Positions 1-8,801 of a stretch of DNA of 32,000 bases are shown in pieces. The stretch comes from Candidatus Hermodarchaeota archaeon. Its GTDB lineage: Archaea > Asgardarchaeota > Heimdallarchaeia > Hodarchaeales > Hodarchaeaceae. The position numbers and the translations under genes are program-made. The stretch lies in the NCBI GenBank assembly GCA_048886185.1, contig JBHLKY010000005.1:201520-233519 (forward strand), written 5' to 3'. Positions within the stretch are counted from its first letter, which is position 1. Each line of letters opens with the position of its first letter. The notes beneath the pieces are model-generated. The model searched no databases. It had not been told where the DNA came from and worked only from the letters and a program-made list of their open reading frames with translations.

Positions 1-1737
1 AGAAGCGTACAACCGATCGTATTCAACCAATTGAGTATGTGTACCCTGCTCACTGATCTGTCCATTTTCTAACACGAATATCCTATCTGCATTTCTGATT
101 GTAGATAATCTATGAGCAATTATAATAGTTGTACGACCGACAATTATCTTCTCCAATGAACGTTGGATAGCAGCTTCCGTTTCATTGTCCACACTACTAG
201 TAGCTTCATCCAAGATAAGTATTGGAGGATCTTTCAAGATAGCACGAGCAATGGCAATACGTTGTCTCTGGCCACCGCTTAATTTTTGACCTCTTTCCCC
301 AACAAGAGTATCGTAACCATTTGGGAGACTATTGATAAAACTGTGAACTTCAGCAACCTTTGCAGCGTTAATAATATCACTAATTGGTGTATCTGGCTTA
401 CCATAAGCGATATTTTCTCTTACAGTCCCATCTATTATGAAAGTATCTTGTTTAACTAATCCAATCGCCCTTCGTAAGTCTTGGAGATCAAAATCTTTGG
501 TATCAACTCCATCAAGCATTATCTTACCCTCCTGTGGATCATAAAACCGTAAGAGAAGCTTGACAATCGTTGATTTCCCCACTCCCGTACTACCAACAAA
601 TGCAATGGTTTGGCCTGGCTCTATATCTACTGTGAGATTCGTAAAGGTTGGATTTCGTCCTTTATATCCGAAATGGACATTTTGAAAAGAAATTCCACCC
701 GAGATTGAAGATAATGAAAGATCCTTATTTCCGTTCGTAATCTGACTTTGAGTATCCAATAAATTCATAATTCTCGTTGTTGAAGCCATTGCTCTTTGAT
801 ACTGATCAAGGGTCTCTCCAACTCTTGTTAAGGGCCATAGAAGTCGTTGAGTCAGAAATATCATCGCACTATAAGCTGCAACTTCTAACTGCCCATTTAT
901 TGTTTGTAATCCCCCAAAAATTAGCATTGCAGTAAACCCAACAACAATGATCATTCGAATAAGTGGGGAGAAGGCTGAACTATACTTGATTGCTTCCCGA
1001 TTACTCTCTCTGTAAGCACTTGAAGATTGAAAGATCCTACCCTCCTCATATTCTTCAGTTGTATAACTCTTGATAGTTGCGATTCCAGTCAGATTATTGG
1101 ACAATTGCCCATTTAATACTCCTACTCTTTCCCTAACATCAGCATATCGCGACTCGAGACGTTTCTGGAATTTAATCGAGAATAGGAGAATAAAGGGCAT
1201 TGGAACTGCAGCCATCCAAGCAACTTCAGGTGAAAGAAGAAAGAATGCCGTTAAAATCGTAAGAGCTGTCACTGTTACCTGAATGAGATCATTTGCACCT
1301 ATATCTAAGAACCGTTCAAGCTGATTAATATCATCATTCAGGATGGACATTAAACCACCTGTTTGACGATCTTCAAAGTATTCCATGTCTAAGTGTTGAA
1401 GATGTCTGTACGCATCGAGACGTAATTCGTGTTCAATGGTCTGGGCTAAATTTCTCCAAAGAATCTTGTAGATATATTCAAAAAGTGATTCTAAGGCCCA
1501 AATGACGAATGTTATTAATCCAAGAAAAACTAGTTGTGTTGGAACATCTACAATTCCAATGTATCCGAAAATAGATCCTTCTCTTCGAACAGCTATATCC
1601 ACTGCTGCAGCAATTAAGAATGGGGGCGCAAGGTCAAACCATTTATTGAGTATTGAAAAAAGAGTGGCTAGTGACATTGTTATACTATGTGATCGTGAAT
1701 AATAGATCAATTGTAAGAGGGGGCGATCATATTTCAT
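1..1737 (-). CDS. ABC transporter permease/ATP-binding fusion protein (MsbA/ABCB-like exporter), 3' end runs off the window
   Basis: Not in the ORF track. Manual translation from ATG 1737 (MKYDRPLLQLIYYSRSH...) reaches position 1 in frame. TM region followed by Walker A GSTGVGKST, signature LSGGQRQRIAIAR, Walker B ILILDEATS and IIIAHRLST. Confidence 0.93.
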   Translation of the reverse strand, partial: MKYDRPLLQLIYYSRSHSITMSLATLFSILNKWFDLAPPFLIAAAVDIAVRREGSIFGYIGIVDVPTQLVFLGLITFVIWALESLFEYIYKILWRNLAQTIEHELRLDAYRHLQHLDMEYFEDRQTGGLMSILNDDINQLERFLDIGANDLIQVTVTALTILTAFFLLSPEVAWMAAVPMPFILLFSIKFQKRLESRYADVRERVGVLNGQLSNNLTGIATIKSYTTEEYEEGRIFQSSSAYRESNREAIKYSSAFSPLIRMIIVVGFTAMLIFGGLQTINGQLEVAAYSAMIFLTQRLLWPLTRVGETLDQYQRAMASTTRIMNLLDTQSQITNGNKDLSLSSISGGISFQNVHFGYKGRNPTFTNLTVDIEPGQTIAFVGSTGVGKSTIVKLLLRFYDPQEGKIMLDGVDTKDFDLQDLRRAIGLVKQDTFIIDGTVRENIAYGKPDTPISDIINAAKVAEVHSFINSLPNGYDTLVGERGQKLSGGQRQRIAIARAILKDPPILILDEATSSVDNETEAAIQRSLEKIIVGRTTIIIAHRLSTIRNADRIFVLENGQISEQGTHTQLVEYDRLYAS

Positions 1738-1922
1738 ATTTAACGTAAAAATAAGATTAATTTATCTACTATTTGATAATAAAAATGAAAGAAAATATAA
1801 TGCTCAGATAATTAACTTTATTTGTATAGAAAAGGTAAAAATTATCACGAAGAGAGATATTATCAATAACTACTATATATCTATAGATGTAAAACTTCTG
1901 TCAAAATTTGGAAATCACCATT

Positions 1923-2450
1923 ATGAAAGAGATTCCCCCTGGTCCAGACTCCCCTAGAATAGTTTATGTCCGTATTGAAATACCTTTAGGTTCCAAGGTT
2001 AAGTATGAATTCAATAAGGAATTTGATACCATTTTTGTAGATAGGATTCTTCATTCGTCCGTTGTCTATCCCACTGCCTATGGATTCATACCCCAAACCC
2101 TCTGTACGGATGGTGACCCCTTGGATGTGTTGATTTTACTCAGTACGGGAATTGAACTTGTACCAGCCTGCATTGTTTCAGCAAGACCGGTGGCTGTCTT
2201 GAAAATGGAAGATGAAAAGGGGGAAGATGACAAAATCATTGCTGTGCTAGTTGATGATCCCAGGATGGAAGAGATCCAATCATTGGAATCAATTCCAAAA
2301 CATTCATTACGTGAAATAGAGGAGTTTTTTAACACCTATAAACACTTAGAAAGAGGGAAAACAACGCATATAGTGGGTTGGGCTGACAAAAAAACCGCAT
2401 TAAAAATAATTGAAGATGCAATTGACTATTTCAAGCAACACAATCATTAA
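1923..2450 (+). CDS. ppa: Family I soluble inorganic pyrophosphatase
   Basis: IEIPLGSKVKYE, DRILHSSVVYPTAYGFIPQTL, DGDPLDVL and EDDKII motifs. ATG 1923 preferred over TTG 1908. 3' end overlaps the convergent aminotransferase by 20 nt. Confidence 0.95.
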   Translation: MKEIPPGPDSPRIVYVRIEIPLGSKVKYEFNKEFDTIFVDRILHSSVVYPTAYGFIPQTLCTDGDPLDVLILLSTGIELVPACIVSARPVAVLKMEDEKGEDDKIIAVLVDDPRMEEIQSLESIPKHSLREIEEFFNTYKHLERGKTTHIVGWADKKTALKIIEDAIDYFKQHNH

Positions 2451-3555
2451 TGGCTTTTACAATGCATTGAAGTCCGCCCTCAAGTTCCTGTCTACTTGGA
2501 TAACCATACCCAATTCGCATGAACCGTTTATCGACTTCAAACCAGTGACCAGGAGCAACAAAAGTTTTATAGGTCATCTTGAGAGTCTTGTAGAATTTAT
2601 CAATGTCAATAGTAACGCTTGGTTTTATTCTCGGAAAACAGATGACCCCTCCAGATGGTTTTACCCATTCTAGATATCTAGAATTATCCATCCATTTGGT
2701 TAATATTACTTTGTTTCCCCTTACGTGATTATGAACTCGAGAAAGGAATTCCTGCTTGTTTGCTAGAAAATGTGCTGCAATTTCTTCATCGACAATAGAA
2801 TTGCATATAAATATTAATTCCTTTGCAGCTAAGAATTTCTCCATCAATACATTATCTTGATTAATCAACCAACCTATGCGGAGGCCAGGTAATCCATACG
2901 CCTTGGAGAACGAGGAAACACTGATTGCATTTTCACTCAATGATCCAACTATTGGAAGAGGATCTGGGGTCATTTCTCTGTATGTTTCATCGAATAATAA
3001 GTAAATTCCTTTTGACTCTACCATCGTAATGATTTCGTTCAATTCAGATTCAGTAATCATGGTTCCAGTGGGATTTTGCGGATATGTAAGACTAATAAGT
3101 CGTGTATGAGGTTGAATCAACTGTTCAAGTTTATTAAGGTTAAATCGAAAATGCTTTTCCATTGTTAATTTGAGATAATCTACCTGACAACCAATAGCTC
3201 GGGGGGACTCTAGATTAGCAACGTAGTTTGGATGTAAAATCACAACATGATCACTTGGTTTGAGTAATGAAGTAGTAATGATGAATAATGCCCCTGCAGC
3301 TCCTGTAGTAATTAAAACATGTTCTGGATTAACCTCTTCTTCTGCAATGTATCGTCTAAGTTGAGGATTACCTAAGTGATCAGTATAACTAAGAGCAAGA
3401 TCACTTAAATCTATCTTCAGCGTGCCAAAAACGAAATCAGGAACAGAACTTTCTGCAAGATTGTACTTAATTCGTTTATAACCAAATTCTTCCGGGGATT
3501 CCTTTTCTATTGGAGTTCTGCGGTAAGAAAGATGGCCTTCTCTTTTGTTTTCCAT
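2431..3555 (-). CDS. PLP-dependent aminotransferase class I/II-fold enzyme, substrate unknown
   Basis: TTGAAGAL, YPQNPTG, FDETY and the PLP-lysine motif SFSKAYGLPGLRIGW. Confidence 0.9.
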   Translation of the reverse strand: MENKREGHLSYRRTPIEKESPEEFGYKRIKYNLAESSVPDFVFGTLKIDLSDLALSYTDHLGNPQLRRYIAEEEVNPEHVLITTGAAGALFIITTSLLKPSDHVVILHPNYVANLESPRAIGCQVDYLKLTMEKHFRFNLNKLEQLIQPHTRLISLTYPQNPTGTMITESELNEIITMVESKGIYLLFDETYREMTPDPLPIVGSLSENAISVSSFSKAYGLPGLRIGWLINQDNVLMEKFLAAKELIFICNSIVDEEIAAHFLANKQEFLSRVHNHVRGNKVILTKWMDNSRYLEWVKPSGGVICFPRIKPSVTIDIDKFYKTLKMTYKTFVAPGHWFEVDKRFMRIGYGYPSRQELEGGLQCIVKAINDCVA

Positions 3556-3641
3556 TTTAATTCAACTGTATCAATAATTATCTTACATAAAAAATCATAT
3601 CTTCTAACTATGAAATTTCTGATCTGGAGCTAATATTCCTC

Positions 3642-4337
3642 ATGGGCTTTCTTGAAATCTTCATCCTTTCTTTTCTAGTGGCATTATCAGGAGCGATGTC
3701 ACCTGGCCCTTTACTCACCTATACAATATACAAGGCGCTTCAATCAAAAAGAAAAGCGTATTTTGCTGGGATTCTCATTTGGATTGGACATGCTATTTTA
3801 GAATTCTTATTAATGCTTATCCTGCTTATCGGCTTCTCTTCTTTTATTACTAACAAATCCGTTATTATCATAATTGGACTGTTAGGGGGTGGTGTGCTGA
3901 TTTTTTTCGGGGGGAGTCTCTTGAGAGACATATGGTTGAATAGTATTGATTTCAGCTTTTTATCACCAGAGGGAGGAATCAGTGAGACGCCTGAAAGTTC
4001 CCAAAACAAGATAGACCTACTAAACCAACCCACCCTAGGAGGGGTGTTAGTATCAATGTCGAATCCATATTGGTGGATCTGGTGGGCGGTTATTGGATTG
4101 AACTTTATGACACAGTTTTCAGTTGGGTTATTGAACCTAGAATTTTGGAGTTTTTTTCTGGGACATGAGCTAGGGGATTTTTTATGGTATGTGTCGATAG
4201 CTGGGATCCTTGGTTTTACTAATAAGTTATTAACGAGAAGGATCTATCTTGGTATTATTATTATTTGCAGCTTATTCATGATTTTTTTTGGCATATTCTT
4301 AGCTATTTCACCTATTCTCACAGTAGGAGACCTATAA
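3642..4337 (+). CDS. LysE/RhtB family translocator
   Basis: N-terminal ALSGAMSPGPL, SMSNPYWWIWW, FFLGHELGDFLWY and about six hydrophobic segments. Confidence 0.88.
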   Translation: MGFLEIFILSFLVALSGAMSPGPLLTYTIYKALQSKRKAYFAGILIWIGHAILEFLLMLILLIGFSSFITNKSVIIIIGLLGGGVLIFFGGSLLRDIWLNSIDFSFLSPEGGISETPESSQNKIDLLNQPTLGGVLVSMSNPYWWIWWAVIGLNFMTQFSVGLLNLEFWSFFLGHELGDFLWYVSIAGILGFTNKLLTRRIYLGIIIICSLFMIFFGIFLAISPILTVGDL

Positions 4338-4610
4338 GCTCTGTCCTGGTTGATAATCATCTACATCATCAAAAGCCACACATTTCTTTTCTGCAGCTAG
4401 TCTCATAAAATTGTTGTTGCCATTGATAGAAATAATCATATGAGAAGTAGATAACGGAATCTCAGCAATTTCTTGTATGAGTTTCATTTTTTTCATGAGG
4501 AGTTCGTTGTCATCAAAAGCAACTAAAGTAAGTTGAATTTCACTGTTTGCTATTGAAACAAATAAAACTAGCAGCAATAAACAAAAGAATAATGATTTGT
4601 AGTAGTTCAT
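4332..4610 (-). CDS. Putative small secreted hypothetical protein
   Basis: 92-aa ORF filling the gap between two genes, with a signal-peptide-like N-terminus (MNYYKSLFFCLLLLVLFVSIANS). No family recognised. Confidence 0.4.
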   Translation of the reverse strand: MNYYKSLFFCLLLLVLFVSIANSEIQLTLVAFDDNELLMKKMKLIQEIAEIPLSTSHMIISINGNNNFMRLAAEKKCVAFDDVDDYQPGQSL

Positions 4611-4739
4611 TTCATATAATGAAGAATAATAATTCTACTGATTTTTTCGTGCAATGAAGAGTCGGAAAATTGATTTAGCTAAAATAACTCAGAAGTATTA
4701 GGAAAAATTTTACTAATTTTAATGGAAATAAGTTGAGGA

Positions 4740-5702
4740 TTGAAAAAGGTTCTACTAATGAATTTCTATGAAGAAAGAAATCCACCAAATATATCCTTAT
4801 CAAAAGTATTGAATTTAATCCAACCATTTTTTCCAGAACTTAAAGCAGAGGAAATAAAGTTTTTATACCATGGCTCTTATAACGTTTACGAGATTAAAGA
4901 TGAGTTCATTTTTCGTTTCCCTGACAAAGTGTTTTTTGATAAAAAAGGATATGATTTAATTCAACGAGAACAGAAAATATTAATGTTAATCCAAGAGGAT
5001 ATTTCTATACAGATTCCTAAACCTCTCTATATGTCCTCTGATCCTACTCATCCATTTATTGGATATAAAAAGATAAATGGAACATCATTATCAAGGTGTT
5101 TTCATAAAACCACTCTTGATGATCATAAACACATTACAAAACAACTTGGGAAATTTCTATCTGAACTTCATTCTCAGAAAGTTTTCCAAAAAGTCTGTAT
5201 GGCTTTCAAAACTGAACAGGATTTTAATTCTTCTCAATATCAACATAATTGGCGAAATTATTTTGAAAAGGTAAAGAAAAAGGTATATCCGCTTCTAAAA
5301 TCAAAGCAAAAGCAGTGGGTGTCTCAAATTTTTAGTAATTTTCTCGAAAATGAGAGGAATTTTGATTTTATTTCTTGTGTCGTTCATCGAGATTTTGATG
5401 TCACGAACATACTTGTTGATCCTAAAACATTTTATGTGTGCGGGATAATAGATTTTGAGGATACTGGAGTTTATGACCCAGCTGCAGATTTTATATTCTA
5501 CAATGAAGGTGATCTGTTTCTGGATCATCTACTTGCAAATTATTCTAGAAGTAAGGATCTTTATTTTAGAGAGAGAATGAAATTTCTATACTGTCGTTCT
5601 GGGTTAGAATATATTTTAACTGGATTAGAATATAATGTTCCTAAAATGGTTGAATATGGACTCCAAATGACTAAAAAACGAATGAAGAGATTTCCAAGTT
5701 GA
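4740..5702 (+). CDS. Aminoglycoside phosphotransferase (APH)/choline kinase-like protein
   Basis: GSYNVYEI..FIFRFP N-lobe, Brenner-type VHRDF...NIL and metal-binding GIIDFED. Alternative start ATG 4758. Confidence 0.85.
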   Translation: MKKVLLMNFYEERNPPNISLSKVLNLIQPFFPELKAEEIKFLYHGSYNVYEIKDEFIFRFPDKVFFDKKGYDLIQREQKILMLIQEDISIQIPKPLYMSSDPTHPFIGYKKINGTSLSRCFHKTTLDDHKHITKQLGKFLSELHSQKVFQKVCMAFKTEQDFNSSQYQHNWRNYFEKVKKKVYPLLKSKQKQWVSQIFSNFLENERNFDFISCVVHRDFDVTNILVDPKTFYVCGIIDFEDTGVYDPAADFIFYNEGDLFLDHLLANYSRSKDLYFRERMKFLYCRSGLEYILTGLEYNVPKMVEYGLQMTKKRMKRFPS

Positions 5703-5737
5703 TAACTCATATCAATTTTCTTCTCTGTTTCCCATTA

Positions 5738-6646
5738 CTAAAAATTATAAAAATATTCTCCATCAGGAGTAAGATTGGTAATTGTTTTATTTTCAATGGG
5801 GTCTAAACTCCATTTAGCAGTCTGGTGGTTACTCTCAAAATGGTCGATGACTGTAGAAGAGCCTACTACACGAAAATCTTCTCTTTTTCCTAAAAATAAC
5901 TGATAATATGGCATAAAATTCCTTGATTTCTCACTTAAAGCAGAACATACGATTAAATGTGGCTTATTCTCTACTATTTCCAAGATTATTAGTTGCATCT
6001 GATAATTTATATCTTGTTTTTGATGTTGATCAATAACTTCTTGTAAAACAGGAATCCAAAAATCCTTAATATTGTGATTAGCGAACTCTCTTGCCTCTTT
6101 CAGTTTCTGAGATATATACCATGTTAGGATTTGAGTATCAGAAAATTCTCTAAGTTGGATTGTGTTTAATTGATATTCTGTCTTTAATATCCCATTTATA
6201 ATATTTGAATCAACAGTTCCATTATGAACAATGTATATCCTTTTTGAATTCTTATTATCATGAATAACTAATGGTTGAACTTGCTGAAAATCTACTGGCA
6301 TATTTACACTTGCTCTTCGTGCATGCGCTACTAAGATCTGGTTTGATAACTTAAGTAAAGGAGGTAACAAAAATGATCTGCTTAAACTAGTCGCTTTATA
6401 AGAGAATGCTGCATTTAAGTTTAAATTAGTCTGTTCCCACTCTATCTCATAATTCTCTTTAGTACCAATAGTCACAACACCCCATCCATCCTTATGAACA
6501 CAACTTTTCTTCGGTACACCATACACTTGGTTTAAATAATGATCATCCTTTGTGGATTTCAGCCAAGCTACAATCCAACTCTCCATTAAATGCCGAGAAG
6601 TCCGGCCCTTTTCCTGTTTAACCCAAAAAGACAATAAACGACACAT
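5738..6646 (-). CDS. Class II glutamine amidotransferase-like Ntn hydrolase (YafJ/DUG3/EgtC-like)
   Basis: N-terminal MCRLL (Cys2 nucleophile), HKDGWG, VAHARRAS, VHNGT and FSDTQ match the GATase-II motif order. Confidence 0.85.
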   Translation of the reverse strand: MCRLLSFWVKQEKGRTSRHLMESWIVAWLKSTKDDHYLNQVYGVPKKSCVHKDGWGVVTIGTKENYEIEWEQTNLNLNAAFSYKATSLSRSFLLPPLLKLSNQILVAHARRASVNMPVDFQQVQPLVIHDNKNSKRIYIVHNGTVDSNIINGILKTEYQLNTIQLREFSDTQILTWYISQKLKEAREFANHNIKDFWIPVLQEVIDQHQKQDINYQMQLIILEIVENKPHLIVCSALSEKSRNFMPYYQLFLGKREDFRVVGSSTVIDHFESNHQTAKWSLDPIENKTITNLTPDGEYFYNF

Positions 6647-6649
6647 AGT

Positions 6650-7030
6650 TTATTTGTTCCCATACTGTTTTATGAGTCCTTTTGAGGGATAATATGTATA
6701 AGTAGAAAATTTTATACCCTTTGGAATTGTTTTTACTTCTACAAGCATTCTGTGGTATAAAGAACCCTCTCCCTCAACTAAATCAATTTGTGTCCAATGA
6801 GCTTGAGTTAACTGAAAATAAATTTCTCCCAGAACATCAGACTGGCTATCTTCGACTATGAATGGAAATCCTAGCTCTGGAGGGGCAACTTTCCGATAAC
6901 CTACTAAAATCGCTTTCTCAAATTCTAACCCATGAAGAAGATAATTTCGACTAAACCCAGATTGTAGGGTTCCATATGTAAATAATCGATCACACTTCTC
7001 CTTAATAGGCTCAATCTGCTTTTCTGTCAT
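6650..7030 (-). CDS. Gamma-glutamylcyclotransferase (GGCT/AIG2-like, GGACT-like) family protein
   Basis: LFTYGTL motif, FPFIV..VLGEIY and IDLVEG (catalytic Glu position); 126 aa. Confidence 0.9.
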   Translation of the reverse strand: MTEKQIEPIKEKCDRLFTYGTLQSGFSRNYLLHGLEFEKAILVGYRKVAPPELGFPFIVEDSQSDVLGEIYFQLTQAHWTQIDLVEGEGSLYHRMLVEVKTIPKGIKFSTYTYYPSKGLIKQYGNK

Positions 7031-7068
7031 TTTATGACAATTTCTCCCTTTGAAAGATCATTTTTTTG

Positions 7069-8526
7069 TTAAAATCCAAATCCACCAAATAAGCTTCGTG
7101 ATAAGTAATCTGACCTGCTTAAGGCAACTAGAATTCGATCATTATCATCTAAAGGGATTTTTATACCTTGAATATCCAGGGTATTCGTAATTTTAATCCC
7201 TTGAAAAGTAGAAACAATATTGTCTTTCTCTTGATAAGTGAGCTTATAATCCACAGATAATATTCCTTGAACCTCTGTTCCGCGGGAAATGCCATATTTT
7301 CTACCCCGTTGATCAGTGATTGTCCTAGATTTATTCAATTGTACTACTGCATATATCTTTCCCTGCTGTCTTAGCTCTTCAATTTGTCTTGTCGTAAATT
7401 CAACTTCTAATTCATCCTGCTCAAAGTCAGTTCTAATTTTGGGAAGTTTTTGAATTTTAATCCCTAGAATGTCTTGATATTTTTCAGTTTCAACTATCCA
7501 GCGAGTAATACTATCTTGTAATGACTCCTCTTTGGTTTCACGAACGAAGCGGGCATTAACACCATAATAAACAGCCCTTTCCATATTAATTCGATGATTG
7601 GGATCAGGAATAATTTTATTTGCTGTGTACAAGTGAATTGCATGCATCGCTGAGACACAACACAAGTAAATTAAATCTAAGAGATATTCAACATCCTGTT
7701 GAACATCAAAAATACGCACTTCAACTCGATTTGTCATAAGAGAGGAGTCCTCATCCTCACCTATATTTGTCAATGGCCCTCTAGGTGTAATATCAACAAG
7801 TCTATCACCTCTAGGATTAGTTATTACCTTCTTCACAGTTTCTCCCGCTAAGCGTAATGTATATCGCATCTGTCCGTAGTATTGCATGGGAACTAATGCT
7901 GCAGCAGTTCTGGGAATTTGAATTTGTGAAAATCCATTTTCTTTTAAAACAGTTGAATTAGAGATTCGATTACTCGCAATATTTGTCCGAGTTCCTTGAA
8001 ATATTGGAGAATTTGCTGATAATGCAATTAATTCTGGAAGATAATTCCATAGATAGTCATGTACTGTAGCTAACTCATCTACATTCATGAATCCTCCAAT
8101 TCTTTGCACTGACACGTTAATATGTGTTCCACACATAGGATTGGGATCACTTTGAATTGGATGGATACTTTGAGAGAATATTTTGTATCCTAGCTGACTG
8201 GCAGCATCAGAAAGAAGTTTTCGGCCAGCATATACAGCCTCAGCAACATCCTTAGGGGGAAGGGGCAAGGTGACGTATTCGATTTGAGTAGGGGATGGTT
8301 CAGCATCTAATCCCCGAATTTTTAGTTGCAGAAAATTTAATCGTTTTGAATCCCGTTCTAGAATCTCTGCAGCACGTACCATCAATTCGTCCGCAGCATC
8401 CACTAAAGTGCCTTCTTTTGTAATAATCAAAAACTCTTCTTCAATACCACAGAGAACTTGATAATTTTTCCAAGGATCAGGATCCAAATCAGGATCTATT
8501 TTCTTCGATTTTCGATGTAAAAACAT
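7069..8526 (-). CDS. Glutamate--cysteine ligase family 2 (GCS2/YbdK-like carboxylate-amine ligase) with C-terminal extension
   Basis: CGIEEEFLII, QIEYVT, CGTHINV, LPELIALSANSP, DITPR and VEVRIFD are colinear with GCS2 motifs. About 118 extra C-terminal residues. ATG 8526 follows a GTGAT motif (track start TTG 8532). Confidence 0.85.
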   Translation of the reverse strand: MFLHRKSKKIDPDLDPDPWKNYQVLCGIEEEFLIITKEGTLVDAADELMVRAAEILERDSKRLNFLQLKIRGLDAEPSPTQIEYVTLPLPPKDVAEAVYAGRKLLSDAASQLGYKIFSQSIHPIQSDPNPMCGTHINVSVQRIGGFMNVDELATVHDYLWNYLPELIALSANSPIFQGTRTNIASNRISNSTVLKENGFSQIQIPRTAAALVPMQYYGQMRYTLRLAGETVKKVITNPRGDRLVDITPRGPLTNIGEDEDSSLMTNRVEVRIFDVQQDVEYLLDLIYLCCVSAMHAIHLYTANKIIPDPNHRINMERAVYYGVNARFVRETKEESLQDSITRWIVETEKYQDILGIKIQKLPKIRTDFEQDELEVEFTTRQIEELRQQGKIYAVVQLNKSRTITDQRGRKYGISRGTEVQGILSVDYKLTYQEKDNIVSTFQGIKITNTLDIQGIKIPLDDNDRILVALSRSDYLSRSLFGGFGF

Positions 8527-8801
8527 AATCAATCACAGATACTTCTAATACACAAAATAAGAGATTTTATTTTTTCCTCTAAATTTAAGCTTGATTGGTA
8601 ATTATTCATAAATTTTTATACTAAGGGCTTTATTAAATTGAATCAAGAGTACATTTATTCTACACTATTTATTTGTCTCCTATTGCCATTGAATGATTCT
8701 TTTTCTTTAATTGATAATAATTTATTTGGTCAGCCTTTTATAGAGCGATCATTTTTTCCAAGTAGATACTATGAAGACAATTTTATTGATAGTTGATGAT
8801 T

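Noticed and set aside
1879-1888. Palindrome ATCTATAGAT upstream of ppa
   Set aside because: Ten-bp AT-rich palindromes are expected by chance and this one overlaps a TATA-like tract.
7069-7095. GG near the ligase C-terminus as a ubiquitin/SAMP-like conjugation end, or as a proteasome HbYX motif
   Set aside because: GG is not terminal (FGGFGF) and there is no penultimate Tyr.
5738-8526. Ergothioneine operon (egtA/egtC-like pair)
   Set aside because: No EgtB sulfoxide synthase, EgtD-type methyltransferase or EgtE is adjacent, and a GGCT is not part of that pathway. The methyltransferase at 24148 lacks features I would recognise as EgtD.
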